64,000 nt of DNA from Camelus ferus (lineage: Eukaryota): contig NC_045697.1 in assembly GCF_009834535.1 (NCBI RefSeq), forward strand, positions 91,762,001-91,826,000. Reading direction: 5' to 3'. Positions 12,310 through 25,900 of the stretch are shown in pieces. Under the pieces are notes generated by a model. The model saw only the letters and a list, made by a program, of their open reading frames with translations. It searched no databases and had not been told where the DNA came from. The first letter of the stretch is position 1; each line of letters begins with the position of its first letter. A program made the translations under genes and the position numbers.

Positions 12310-12860
12310 TATAAAAAATTCACTGAGTGTCTATTATGTTGCAAGGATTGTGGTAAGTGCCAAGTATATAACCGAACAGGACAAAATGTACCTGCTTTTA
12401 TAAAGCATATGTTATAGTAAAGAATTCAGAAATATAAACAGGCAGTTGTAATAGTGTGACAAAAACTGTGACAGGGAATAACGTGATAAAGAATTATGTC
12501 TAATTAGGAGTACCAAGGAAGGGCATGACTCAACCTGGATTTGGGATTCAGGAAAGGCTTCCTGCAAGAGGTGACAGATAAATTGAAACTTGAAGGAAGA
12601 CTAGGAGGAAAACAGTGCTCTAGCAATGAACATGTGAAAAGGTTTGAGCGAGTACAAAGAACAGAAATATGAGTTTGACTCACTATGACTGAATGATGGG
12701 GATAATGGTAATGGTGTTGATTGAAGAGAAAGGGAAAGCTAGAAATGTTGACTAGATCTACACATATTGTAAGATGTGTCATGGAGACTGAATTTTATCC
12801 TGATGCAAGGGACTGATATTCAAAGATTTATATGGAAAGATATCTTAGGTTTATTTTGGA
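12310..12860 (-). mobile_element. L2 fragment
   Basis: 'cactgagtgtctattatgttgcaagg' and 'ggattcaggaaaggcttcctgcaagaggtgaca...ttgaaacttgaagga'. Confidence 0.75.
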
Positions 12861-12967
12861 AGATCAGTCAAATCATTAAGCAATATGTAGCAAGAAAGAA
12901 AGTTTTCAGTATTTCTAGTTACAGAAAATGTAATACATGTATAGATTTATGCTTAGATTCAATATAA

Positions 12968-15050
12968 ATGGACTTCTGTTTTTAGCAGTAAGGCTGTCTA
13001 GATTCTTTGACAGACCTTTTGCCTAAAAACAGCTGAAAACCTTTCACATTATCACATCATTGATGTTCTGGCAAGGAATTAAGAAATTCTCGGAGGCAAA
13101 ACCTAAGCAAAGCGAGAACTCTGACAGATAACTGGGACATTGAGGCCAACTTTCCCCCTGAGAGTATTTTCCAAATTCAGGTGGTCTGATCTTTAGTTTT
13201 TATGTCTCCACAGAGTATGGAAAATGGGAGGAAAAGCCTAGGGCCTGCTGAATGTGGGAATTTTAAAAGAGACCTCATGAAAATGGGACCCCAAAGCCCT
13301 GTACCGTCAGGATAAGAATGAAACAGAACCTAAAAATAATAGTCCTTGCCTTTCCACTGTTACCACAATAAGGGAAGCTACTTCTCTTGAAATGTGGCAG
13401 AAAAGATCTCTTAAGGATTTCTAGCCACAGGACAGTCCTTATGTAAGTCTGAAGTGGTGTGAGATTGATGTGTTTTGGGTTTATGGAAAAAGCAAATTCA
13501 AACCTTCTCTGAAGGAATGGCCATCATCAAAAAATCTACAGACAATAAATGCTGGAGAGGCTGTGGAGAAAAGAAAACCCTCCTACACTGCTGGTGGGAG
13601 TGTAGTTTGGTGCAGAATTATGGAAAGCAGTATGGAGATTCCTCAAAAAAAAAAAAAAAAAACAAACTAAAAATAGACTTACCATATGATACAGCAATCC
13701 CACTCCTGGACATATATCTGGAGTATATTCAAATTTGAAAGGATATATGCAAATGTTCATAGCAGCACTGAATATAATACCCAAGGCATGGAAGCAACCT
13801 AAGTGTCCATCAACAGATGACTGGGTAAAGAAGTTGTGGTATATTTACACAATGAAATACTACTCAGCAATAAAAAAGAATAAGATAATGCCATTTGCAG
13901 CAACATGGAGATCATCATTCAAAGTGAAGTAAGCCAGAAAGAGAAAGAAAAATACCACATGATATCACTCATATGTGGAATCTAAAAAAAGAAAAGAGGA
14001 AAAAGAGGACACTCTTGAACTCATCTACAAAACAGAAACAGACTCACAGACATGGTAAACAATCTTATGGTTACCAGGGAGAAGCAGGTAGGAAGGGATA
14101 AATTTGGGAGTTTGAGATTTGCAAATGTTCACCACTATATATAAAAATAGATAAAAAAACAAATTTGTGTAGCACAGGGAACTATTTTCAGTATCTAGTA
14201 ATAGCCTTTAATGAACAAGAATATGAAAATGAATATATGTATATATATGCATGACTGGGACATTATGCTGTACACCAGAAATTGACACATTGTAACTATA
14301 TGTCAATTAAAAAAAAAGAAAAAAACTGATATCACCAAAACTGATAGCAATTAAACTTAAGAAAATGAAAAAAAATTCCCATGAATATCCTAAGGAAGAT
14401 GAATTCATAACCCAAATCCCAAAACATAAAAGAAACAAAACAAGAAAGTGAGAACCATAAGAAGCAGCAGATGATAGTGTCAAGTTCAAAAAGCCTTCAG
14501 GTATTGATAATATTAGAGACAGAAGAGAAAATAAGCATGTTTATTCAGTGTGTTTATAGAAATAGAGTAATATTTTAAAACTAATGAAGAACAAGCTAAT
14601 AAAATGACTAAGCAGATATGAAAAAATAGAATTTCTAGAAATCTAAAAAGCAAATTTTAAAATAAAAACTGTGTAAACAGGTTTAACAGAAGACTGGAAA
14701 CAGCACAAGATAAAATTAATAAATTGGAAGATGTAGCTGAAGAAATTGTGCAGAATGAGGTGCCCGGAGACAAAGAGATGGGAAGCATGAAAGAGAAGTT
14801 AAGTAAAGCATAGAACACAAAGTAGGAAAATATAGCATATGTCTAGTCAGAATTCCACAAGGGAGAGAACACAGAGAATGGAGAAAATAAAATATTTCAA
14901 AAAATAATGGCTGTAAATTTCCTAGAACTGATGAAAGATCATGGAGGTTTTATATCATGGAAGCCTGGTGAATCCATCTAAGAAGGGTGTATGAAAGAAA
15001 ATCTGTATCTAGATTCATCATCATAAAACTGCAGAATCAAAAATAAGAAA
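12968..15050 (+). mobile_element. Old L1 5' UTR/ORF1 remnant, split by a younger L1
   Basis: A-rich ORF1-like text 'gaagaaattgtgcagaatgagg...aaataatggctgtaaatttcctagaactgatgaaaga...catcataaaactgcagaa'. Confidence 0.65.
13515..14325 (+). mobile_element. Younger LINE-1 3' end (ORF2 C-terminus, 3' UTR, polyA)
   Basis: ORF fragments '[29 protein letters not shown]' (CCHC region) and 'WKQPKCPSTDDWVKKLWYIYTMKYYSAIKK'. PolyA at ~14309-14325. Confidence 0.97.
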
Positions 15051-16475
15051 ACTTTAATTCAGTATAAAAATGTTCTGATAAATTTTATCCATGTCAACAT
15101 AACTTTTTACTTATAGAGATTTCCATATATTAACACAGTAATTAATTATAACTAATTTTCTAATCAAACGTGAGTAAAACTTAAGCTCTACTCATTTGTT
15201 TATTTACTCGTATTTGTTGATCCTTTTAGTTTAGCTTATATCTAATTTTTAACCACATGACCATGTAGCAATATAACCAGGATCTTGGACTCCACAGTGA
15301 AAAGAATAAAAGTCATTTAGTCTAGTACTTATTTTTTTTAAATGAGGAAATAGAAGTATTGCTTTCCTGTATTACAGAGCTGCTCGATACTTGCAAACTC
15401 ACGGCGCAAAGAAGAAATCACGCTAAACGACTAATTTGGTGCCATTCCCTTCTTCAGTTTGATGAAGGGAAAGACCATGGTTTAAATAATGCTGACAAGA
15501 CTCACGTGACAGGTGAAATGCTCTTTGCTGAAACAGAGTTGGTAAAACTGAAGTAAAATTAGAGTCTTTTAAAATAGAAATTTCAAGGGCATAGTGGAAA
15601 TACTACTCTTTGGCTCAAAGTCAAAAAATACTCTTTAATTAACCACTAAATAATGATATTAAATATAGGCATTGTTATTATGATTCACAAAAACACCTTT
15701 CCCCAAGATTGCTGAGAACAGAAAAAAATTCTCCAAGGGGGAGAATGCTTTCAAGAGATGCAGCTTTGTTCCATGTGCACTACATTCTATTTCTAAATTA
15801 AATCTACATTCTAAATTAAACAATTGTATGTCAAAAGCGATTAATAACATACCATAATAATTTCTATCTTCTTTTTACCTGGCCTGAGTACTAATGAAAA
15901 CATCAACAGCCTTATTTTCTTAGCCTCCCACTTCCATAAGCTCTATAAGCCTGATGTTTCCAAATCTGGCTTTTTTATAGCTATAGGTACTCTTGCTTTC
16001 ATATTCTTCTAGGCTATTTTAATTTAATATGTATTAAACGTCTTTGCAACTTCATTTAAGTGAATGGCAACAGAATTTTTTTAAAGGAATTCTGTTTTAT
16101 TCTGGAGGACAAATTATGCTGTAAGGAAGAAATGTCCTAAATGTGTGGAAAGTATACTGATTTGGGGCCTAGAGGTCTAAGGAAAACTCACATGTGATCC
16201 TCTGAAGCTCTGAGCAAAGTCATTTCACACAATCAGACGAGTACTCACACCAACGCTGTGTACCTACCAGTAACTCAGGAAGCATCTTACTAGGCGAGAA
16301 CTACCTTTCATAAACTCCCACATCCACTAGTCCCCACCAAGTCCATGCTTTTCTTAGAGCAAAGAGTGAATAAATATGACTTCTGCTCACCAAATACATA
16401 GGATAATTACCGGCAATGCAGGATAATTAAAATCATTTCCTTGCTTGAGTTGATGGCTGGCTATTATCACATCTC

Positions 16476-16489
16476 CCTCTAGATGGCAG
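16476..16489 (+). promoter_or_regulatory. Candidate CTCF motif
   Basis: CCTCTAGATGGCAG matches the CTCF core CCNCYAGRKGGCRV and lies in unique sequence. Confidence 0.4.
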
Positions 16490-19269
16490 TGGCACTCTTT
16501 CATTCTGAGACTTTTTTTTTTTTTTTTTTTTTTTTAAATCTGTTCTCTCCTGGATAGTTGCTCTCAGCTCTGCTGGGCGATGATTTAAACAACACTTTGA
16601 TGCTGTAGGATGTTGGTGTTCACAAATCAGGTCTATCCTTTTCTTTTTTCTAAAAAGATAATACACTGCTTTTTCAAAGTCAATTAACACTTAGGGCAAA
16701 TGAAATGGGGAAAGCAAAAGGTCACTTTCTAAAGGGTTGCCTTGAAACCTTTTGGTATTATTCAGGTTTCATCCAGGAATTGCAAATCATTGGAGGGAAA
16801 AAAGGAAATAATAATTAGTTCATTTTGTTTCTTGATAACGCCCAATAAGGTGGCTTAATATGACGTTTCTGCCTAATTTCCCTGTGAAGCCTGTGGTGTT
16901 CCAGAGGTATTGTCTGGTAATTTCTATATGTCTTGCAGTCTTGAGAGCAATTGGGATGCTTTTGGGACAATTTATGCATAGGGAGAGGCTGCTAGAGAGA
17001 ATCCCTAAAACTTCTGGGTTGGGATGCAATCGAATATGTTTCATAAAAGAAAATTGCTCTGTTTGTGGCATGGCTGAACGACGGGACGTGACAGTCAGAA
17101 TGCCAAAAATTACAGGACTCTGTTTTACAACATAATCAGCCTCAACCCTTGCCCCACATCAGTGCTAAACTAGCTGAAGGTCTAGAGTTAGTAGAGGAGG
17201 GCTTCGTTTGCGTGGAGGAGGTCCATGTTCTGACCTCAGATGCACTTCGGAATCATTGCTTGAGTACTAAGATGCTTCCCGTACTTACTTGAATTTCATT
17301 TAGAAGACAAGCCTAGACACCCCAAAACAATAAGCAGATATTAAAAAAAACAACTGAACACATTGCAAATGAGATTATTAACAAATTGACTTTTAAATTG
17401 ACGGCTGGCCACATGCCGGTTTGGACAGGCCGGCTTGGAGCTGCACATAGCTCACACCTCTCACATCCTGCCTCACGGTTAAGATGGCAGTCACAGTTCC
17501 TTTCTTTCTATTTTAATATTGAAAGACCTTCAGTCGGTTTAATAACCTTTTCCTTCTTGAATAAGGAGTTTCTGTTTGCAATCACATGAATAGAAAAAGA
17601 CCTGCTCTAGAAACTCTGGGAGTTTATTTCATGCCTCGCTACAAAAATAAGGTTTTTGAAAGAGCAGAAGGGATGGAATAGCTACATAATGAGCAAATTC
17701 TTGTGAGGTAAATTATTACTCAAGATTTTTGAACTGATCTTTTAAAAAAGCAAATAATAATAATTACAGTCCCGCAAATACTGCTGCCTGGTGGGAGACA
17801 ACAGAAGCTCTGCTGGAAATGCTGCTGGGGACCTGCATTTTGTTCTGCACCCACACCCACACTGCAGCCTGAAACATTACAAACCCAGAGAAAGACCTGC
17901 ATCCACCCAACGGGCACGGTCTCCTAGCTTTGATTCTGCATCCATTTCCAACTGTACAGGGATGGACACTGTGATGTGTGCCTTTTTACCCCTGTGGGTC
18001 AGGGTAAGGTTTGAGGCTTCAGGTAAATTGTATTCTAGAAGAAAGTTGATTCAAACTATGTTTCATCATTAGAAATGTTTCTGTTGGGTGTTGTTTGAAC
18101 TTCCATGGTCAAAACCAGCAATTGGGTAATCGAAATTAATTGAAAGAGCAAAGGAGAGGGTGAGTACAAATCTGTATTCACAGGTCAGCGTCTCTCTCTC
18201 GAGCTCTGATATTCCATTAGAATCTTCTGCTTCACTAAGCGCAGGCCTTTGACCTTCTCCGCGGCTTCTTTTCACATCGAATAGGACCAACTTGATTCCC
18301 ATTCTCAAAATCTTTAATCATGACAAATATCTCCCTGTGCACTCACTTGGAGATTTTTAGCTGCATTTTGGAAGAGAGGTTTAAATGAAGAGCTGGCTAG
18401 AGCATTTAGGAAGGGCTGGTAGGAGGGGAGCGGGTGTGGAAGAGTGATTTCTCTACTCTCATCAGAAACTCTCGGGGAGGGAAGTGGTGGTTGATCTCAG
18501 GGCAGCAGCTTAGTGTGCTCTTGACCTGTTTCTGGTCTGAGTGCGCTTCCTGTCTTCTGCCACAAAGAACTTCAATGTCTGTCTTCCCCTCCACTCCCAC
18601 ATCAGCACATTCAGTACATGTGACACAAGATTGTCACTAGAATCAGCCTGGGCATCCCCTCGTCAAAAGGACCATCAGCATCTGACCTCCTCTTCCCAAG
18701 CGACTCCATCTCTGGCAGGTGTTACAAGCTCAAACTGAGTTTTGTGGCAGCTGCTCCTGGAACCTATAAGACAGCGCCGCACGCCTGGACCTCGGGGAAC
18801 AGCGAGGTTGATGTCCATCACCGTCCTGTGCCAGCGCCCGCTCCTCCCTCCAGAGAACGTGGCTGCTTGCAAAGGAAAGTTGTTTTTATCTTACATGAAA
18901 AAAATTTTTTTCCTCTTGCTTGTTTACTCAGTGTTCACCATTTAAAAATAATGCAGCCTCTTCATTAAGGGGTAAACTTACAAAACATTACTCCTACTTA
19001 CATTTTTCTCTAGGTGCCAATGCACCTCAGCAAGCTTTCAGACAACAGACACCTAGAAACAATTTTTTCTTACATTAAATGATTTCAAACTCTCACATTT
19101 CCTTCCATGATAGTTGTATATTTCACCTTTTCTCTCCCTCTTACAGCTCAAGGAAGTAGCAGCCAGGAAAGTATATGCAATTTCATCATAAAATATCAGT
19201 TTTAAATGATTGCCTTTAAATATGAAAATGTCTTCTATAATAGTTTGCTAATCCATTTGTGACTTTTTA

Positions 19270-19881
19270 TTTCAGTGAGCAGGGATTAGTTGGCATCCGA
19301 TTCCATGGCAGGTGACAGAAATACCAAAATAGAGATGGGGGGAGGTATAGCTCAGTGGTAGAGTGCATGCCTAGTATGCATGAGGTCCTGGGTTCAATCT
19401 CCAGCACCTCCATTAAAAACAAATAAACTTAATTACCTCCCCCTCGTAAAGCAAACAAAATAGAGGTAGTCTAACCGGAGAGAAAAGGTAATACAGACAG
19501 TCCTGGGCTGGTAGGACAACTCCCAACTCACTGAGAATCCACGTTCATCATTTCTGATTCTGCCATCTTCAACATGCACCGTCGGGTTCTCTGTCTGAGG
19601 TGGCTGTTGGAGGTCCAGTCATCGTATCATCATTTTGGAGATTAGGAAGAAGGAAAGAGAAATAAATAGGCATACTCCCTCACCTTAAGGTTACTTCTCA
19701 GGACTTTCACAAATTGTTTCTGCGTAGATTCCATTGGCCAGAACTTCATCTTTGGGTCACATGGAGCATCGATGCGGTCTTTATTTTTGTGCCTTCATGT
19801 GACCAACTAATATTCAGGGATTCCATTACTGAGGAAAAAGAGAGGATGGGTATTGAAGAACACCTAATAGTCTCTGCTACA
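19270..19881 (-). mobile_element. MLT1-type (MaLR) LTR, interrupted by a SINE
   Basis: MLT1-like antisense motifs 'ccattggccagaact...ggtcacatgg' and terminus 'aatagtctctgctaca'. Confidence 0.7.
19337..19455 (+). mobile_element. tRNA-derived SINE, Vic-1-like (camelid)
   Basis: tRNA-like head GGGGGAGGTATAGCTCAGTGGTAGAG (A box) ...GGGTTCAATCTCC (B box), A-rich tail, and TSD CAAAATAGAG(A/G)T at 19325-19336 and 19456-19467. Confidence 0.9.
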
Positions 19882-20494
19882 GATTAAGTATTAAAATTTA
19901 GATACACTACAGAATTTCTATTTCATCACTAGCTCTTTTGTTCTTCCAGAAGAAGGAATACTTTCTTCTCTTCTCTTAAGAGGGATAATAGATGACAGAG
20001 ATGGGAATGTAGACATGGTCTGAGCTGCAGTGGTTAGCAGGCTTTGAAAATACCCTGGTGGGCTACACAGAGGCTTAAACAATATGGAACAATACTGCAC
20101 TGATAACCAATATTGGAACTTGATTGTGCTATTTGTCATCCTGAGGATTTCAGGGTAAGGTCCATCTTGGTTCTCATCAAAGGGCATTTTCATTAAATGT
20201 CTCACTAAAAGAACTTCCTATGAGTTGTGTGTCACAGCATGGAGGCAACGTTATAGAGTACCAACCATTAAAAGAAAACTTATCTAAACTAAGGAATGTG
20301 TGCCGAACAGAATCTGGGAATGGAAATATTGAAGACTTCTAATAATACACCTTGGTTTAAAGGCAGTAAGGTTTTAAAGCTCACCTATGAAATGTAGCTT
20401 GGCATCTAGGTCTTCCGGTCCGGATGCTGCCTGCTTGCTGGGTCAGCACGACCACCCCTTCATTAGTTGAATACCTTCTGTTGGTTAGATCTAT

Positions 20495-20645
20495 GCAATT
20501 AAAACATATATTAGCATATGGATGCCTGTTCCTCACCCCAGAGATGCTGATTTATTGCTCTGGAGTGGGTCCAGACAGTGGCTTTTTTTTTCTTTAGAAG
20601 TTCTCCGCATAATCCTTGCACTCAACTAGGCTTGAGGACAAGTAG
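20495..20645. mobile_element. MER5-like hAT-Charlie fragment
   Basis: 'cctcaccccagagatgctgatttattgctctggagtgggtccag'. Confidence 0.65.
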
Positions 20646-20809
20646 ATTAGATGCCTCGAAATCAGACTCCTATGACTTCATGCAGTAATCTCTTAGCGAA
20701 ACACCATCAAACTAAATATTAATGCCATGAATAACCTTCTAATCTTTGAAAGGTGGCTCAGTTCATACATTAAATAATTAATCATTTCATGTTTGTATAT
20801 TTGAAGGTT

Positions 20810-21040
20810 CAGTAGTAGTTTAAAGCAAAGACTTGGAGTCACATCTGTGTGTATCCAAAACTCAGTTCTACCAAATAATAGATGTGTAATTGGGGCCAGT
20901 CACTTAATCTTCATATGGCTTTCTTTCCTTAACCTGAAAAATGAGGTTTTCTTACAGGAAACGGGGTTTGTGTGATGATTAAATGAATGATTTAAGTAAA
21001 ATGCTTAAGTGAACTGCCTGACATAATCTAAGAGCAATGA
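20810..21040 (+). mobile_element. MIR SINE
   Basis: 'cagtcacttaatcttc...ctgaaaatgagg...gattaaatgaatga...tgcctgacata'. Confidence 0.75.
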
Positions 21041-21309
21041 CAATTTTTATAGTATGTCTTTAAGATTGATAGAACAGATATCATTAGCATACTCTGGTAA
21101 TTAAATAATTATAGGTTAGTTAAATACCTTACTCTGGGTAATTTGATTGATCACAGTTGTTGAGTCCCTCCAGTGTGGAAATTGTGACTGCTCTGGACTC
21201 CATGAGAACATAAAGCGTGAAGGTAGTATCTAGTGCAGTTAGGGAGTCAGGGCATGTGTTTAGAAGGGACAAAGTAGAAGTATAAGAAGTAGATTTGTAG
21301 CAGAGATTA

Positions 21310-21730
21310 CATATTAACCACCAAAGCTGTCTTCCTATGTTCCATCTATGGTCTCAAATTTTTGAATATATTGAATACTTCTAAAATTCCCTGGTAGTTA
21401 TTCTGGTCAGATGACTTAATTGTTGCAAATGGAATGTGAGTAGAAATGACATGTGTCACTTCTGGCTCTGGGCCTTAATTTATTGAGTATACCTTCCCAT
21501 CCCCACTTGATGGAACCTACGGGTGGCAGAATCCCAGCTTTGGCCATGTAGAAAATAATGTCTGAGGAATGGCGGGGCAATGGAAAGGAAGCATTCTGTA
21601 TCCTGAATGACAATCTTGATTGAACTGCCCGGGGTGGTTGTACAAGAGTTAATGAGCTTTGTTCTTTAAGTAGACCAATTGTGTTTCTTTGGTAAGAATG
21701 CATAGCCTTTGGCCTCATGGATACTATTTA
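21310..21730 (+). mobile_element. Old ERVL/MaLR LTR fragment
   Basis: 'aatggaatgtgagtagaaatgacatgtgtcacttctggctctgggcc' is typical of LTR16/MLT1-class LTRs. Confidence 0.6.
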
Positions 21731-21779
21731 CTAAGCCCCCAGATTAGCTGAATATTTTACAAACAATGATTCTGCAGGC

Positions 21780-21971
21780 CAGTGGTTCTCACAGTGAGAT
21801 TTCCAGGGCAGCAGGCTTAGCAGCAGCAACACCTGTGAATTTGTTAGAAATGCAAAATCTCAGGCCCCACCCTAGACCTTCTGAATTAAGAACTTGGAGG
21901 TGAGCCTCAGTAGTCAGTGTTTTAACATATTCTCCAGGTTATTCTGAAACAGACAAGTTTAAGAACCACTG
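21780..21971. mobile_element. MER5A hAT-Charlie DNA transposon (MITE), full length
   Basis: Terminal inverted repeats CAGTGGTTCT...AGAACCACTG. Internal 'ttgttagaaatgcaaaatctcaggccccacc'. Confidence 0.9.
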
Positions 21972-22019
21972 TTATGAGGGGAGAGGAGATTAGGAAAGGG
22001 TCAGAGAGTAGAGGGAATA

Positions 22020-22265
22020 AACTAGTAATGCTTTAAGAGAAAGGACACTGGAAATAAAATGCCTGGGTTTGAATCCTGGCTCTGCCACTTATTCTCTGGG
22101 TGACCTCAGGCAAGTCAGCCTCTCTGTTCCTCAGTTTATACATAGAAGGGAGATAGTAATTGTATAATAATCATAGGATTGTCATGAGGATTAAAAGAGT
22201 CAATATGCAAAATGCATTTAAAACAGTGCCCGGCATATAATGAGTGTCAGCTATGATTGTTATTT
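22020..22265 (+). mobile_element. MIR SINE
   Basis: 'cctgggtttgaatcctggctctgccactta...gtgacctcaggcaagtca...cctcagttt'. Confidence 0.9.
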
Positions 22266-22630
22266 AGGCAATGAAGTCGTGTTGAAGAGTGGAGAATTAG
22301 TCTTCATGAACAAAGGTGTAGAGGTGGGTCACAGAACTTGTCTATGGAAAACAATGGCTCTAGGTTTATTAAATCATTTAATACATATTTATTCCCCTGC
22401 TTCAATACTTCAAGGACATAACTCAACATTTTTTTTTTTGTGTGTGTGTGGTGCTCTTCCTAATACTGAGTGGATTCTGTCTCCCTATTCTAGTCCTAAC
22501 TTTACAAAGTTGCATAGAACAAATTTGATTCTTCTTCTATATCAACAATCATTCTTTTGACTAGTAGTCGTGGTGATTACTCTAGGGGAATCAGTCTATT
22601 TATAATAAACAATGGTCCAGCATCATTCTT

Positions 22631-22687
<57 letters not shown>
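22631..22687. repeat. (TCTA)n tetranucleotide microsatellite (~14 units) at an L1 tail
   Basis: Direct reading of tctatctatcta... Confidence 0.97.
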
Positions 22688-22945
22688 TTAATAATAGATT
22701 TATTTTTTTAGAGCAGTTTCAGGTTTACAGCAGAATTGAGCAGACAATACAGAGTTCCCACATAGCCCTCCCCACCCACACATATATATTCACCTACCCT
22801 CAACATCCCTCATCAGTGTGACATATTTGGTACAATCAATGAACCAACATGGACACATTATTATCAAATTCTATAGTTTACTTTAGGGTTCACTCTTGAT
22901 GTTGTACAAATGCATAATGGCTTTGACAAATGCTTAATGACCTCA
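22688..22945 (-). mobile_element. Old L1 (L1M-type) 3' UTR fragment
   Basis: 'ttttagagcagtttcaggtttacagcagaattgagcag...acagagttcccacat...caatcaatgaaccaacat'. Confidence 0.8.
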
Positions 22946-25900
22946 TTCTTTTTAAAAGTGCTTAAACATAATAGCTACATCTTCCCTCTCTACTAGCCAT
23001 TCTGCCGCACTCAAAAAGCTCTATAATTGCTTCTTTCCCTCCAGATCTCAAAGCCTGGTCATGTTATTCCAGTATGTTCCAAAGTCTGGAGCCTCTGGGG
23101 TCTCTAAGCTAGTTTTCAGCATTGAGGTCCTGGGGAGGAAGGGCCCACTTCCTCTAGTATATTTGAAGTGTATGTAACAGAGTCAGTATCCTGCAGGGAC
23201 CACCTTTCAGAGCTCTGTCTCGATTTCTTAGCTCTGCTGCCCTCTTATGAACAGCTATCAAGTCAAAACCAAGCTCCCAGTAGAACTCACTTCCTTTCAT
23301 TAACAAGGGTACCTATCATAAAACACAGTTGTAACTGTACTATAAGCAAGTCATAGGGTATTGTATCAAAAATCAATTAAAGGTCCCATTTAACCTGCAG
23401 ACAGCAGTACAAGCCCTCCTGTCTCCTCCTTCATAGCACATCTAAGTCCTAGATGGCTGCTTTCCATTTCAAGCTGTCTCTTATAAGCCCCTTCCCTTGA
23501 CCTCACACCCTTCCTCTAGCTATTACTTCCCTATATAGTAAAATTTCTCCAAAAGACTTGTTTGTACAGACTGTCTCTACTTCCTCATCTCTTTCTTTCT
23601 GGTATAAAAACAATACTTCTTTTTTTTAACATTAGCACTATGCAAGATACTATGTTATTTGTGGGGATAAATAAAGAGGAAGAAAACATAGATCAGATAC
23701 TAAGGGCTTTAAACGTGGGTTTTCTGACACCACCTCCAACCCAGACTCCACTGTCTTGTAATACTCTAATATCCATAATTCTAGCCAATTTCTAGTCAGT
23801 TTCAAAATGTGGTTTTCAGTTATTCCCATATTCATCAGAAGACACACCAGGGGACCAGAGTTACAAAGCACAAAGGCATTTAACTGCTTATCTATCTGAT
23901 TTAAATGTACTATAAAAGCTGCTTTTTATCGAAAAATCTAGCCTTTTACATCAAGTGATGATTTGACGTTAATGCATATACCTCTTCAGAAGTAATCAAA
24001 GAACTGAGGTTTTCTATCAAAGTACCTGATTGCACTTTAAACTTTATTTTTCTATGGAATGGCATGAACTGAGAATACTTATGATTGAGGAATGATTATG
24101 CCCTTCTGTATTCCACTTTATTCTATATATAGAAAGTAGGAAGTTCAAGTTCAGGATTACAAGCTTGGTAAACTAATCACAGAAGAGAAATTCTAAGGGT
24201 TGGAATGAAGCACAGTTCCTTGCTGCTGGGAGGACATATATATCAAGATTAAGAAGGTCTTACTAGTTATTTAGACTGAAACATTAGCAAATGTACACAG
24301 ACGAGACCATAGGGTTTTCATTTCCTAAGCAAAATTTAGTCAGATATTAGAATCTTCTACTCTGTTCTGATATTGCTTTTAGAACCAGGAGATACTGTTT
24401 TCCTATGAGATTCATGCTTTTTCTTATTAGAAGCTCAACATCTGTTCCTCTGCGGCTAAAAGAGAATGTGGCTAATGGATTAAAAAAAAAAAAAAAAGAA
24501 AACGCAAATCAACAACTTCAAATCTCAGCGATTAGAATGTAAGTCTTCTGTGACTTGGCATCCTTAGAACATATATTCTGAAACAGGGTAAGGGGAAAGA
24601 AAGGTTTAGGTTGAATGTGAGAAAAAAAATTTGGTAGAACAACACATATACAAAAGAAATAGAAAGTCTCCTGAGTAGCAGAGGACACACTTAGAATCAG
24701 GCTAAACCAAGCATAGAAAAATATACTGAGAAATATTCCTGACCAATAGAAAAGTGCATGCCATGACCCCAAAGATGACTTTCCCATTATTAATATGAGG
24801 CTTTCTAAGTAATATATAGAAATCTGAAAATCTATCTAGTTTGAGAGGCATGTAGCAAGTTTGAGAAAAAATTTGAGTGCCTACTGTAAGCACTCACTGT
24901 TGTTCTTTTCTTCTTTTTGTAATTAAATACCCACAAAAAATCAAATGTATTTAATTTTTTCTCTCTTTCTCTTCCTCTAAGTGTACTTGAACCAAGATGA
25001 ATGTAGTGAGTTGTTATTTGTAATACAAAATATGGAATGAAAACTAAATGTTTGTTGAGAACACAGTTTCTTTCATCTTGATATGTTACAGCTTCCTCCT
25101 AGAAATGAGTCATGCTTACAAATGATTAGAAAATTATCAGTCAATTATCTGGCTACATGCAGGGATACATGAGGCATTGAGCAGACAGATTCACACAGTT
25201 ATAGCTAATCTGTCCCCTTGGCAAATTCGGGTAACTGAAAGTTTATCCTCTTTTTCTCTCTTTCTTTTTTTTGTTCTCCTGAGAGAGAAAGATGCAGGTG
25301 AAATTCACTAATATTTGGTAGGAAGCCCAGTTGCCTCTGTCCTGATTTGTTCTGATTTATGGCTTTGAGGAATAACAGTGCAAGCTCCTGAGTGTGGTTA
25401 GTGCAGGCTTTGCTTTTCAATTAATTTAGGATTTTAGGCACAGTGTAATTCCAGTATTAACAACCCAGTGTTACCAATCAAAACAAAAATCTCTTCCTGA
25501 ACTATGCTAGTTTTCCAAGTGGAGAAAGTGGAGCATTATGACTTACTGCTTTGTACGTTCTCAGCCAGACATGGAGGTCCTTATAACATTGCCCATGCTA
25601 ACCAGCCTTGGGATTACCACCTTCTGTTTACCACTGCTCATTGCTCAGTTCCTAACAAAATGCGAGTGTTCACCGAGGGCTCTCGTGCTCAGTCTGGTCT
25701 CTGCTTCTCGAATGGCTTCCATTACTGCCCGTGAAAATCCCACCCCCGTCTCACAGTCCATTCCAAAAATCACCCCCACGAAGGCCCTCCGGATCCTTAC
25801 TACTGCAAGCCATCTAGTCTGCTTTGTCTCCTCCTGGCCCTCCCCTTGTCCCCTTGTTTATAGCCTCCTTGTAGCCTTGTCATAGTCAGCCTTTTGTATT

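Noticed and set aside
18769..18780. GACAGCGCC REST/NRSE right half-site
   Set aside because: The left half (TCAGCACC) is absent.
19337..19412. tRNA-Ala-like sequence
   Set aside because: It has an A-rich tail, a TSD and an imperfect acceptor stem, so it is a SINE rather than a tRNA gene.
25504..25885. Overlapping 76 and 115 aa ORFs
   Set aside because: No recognisable protein family, and the length is within chance expectation.
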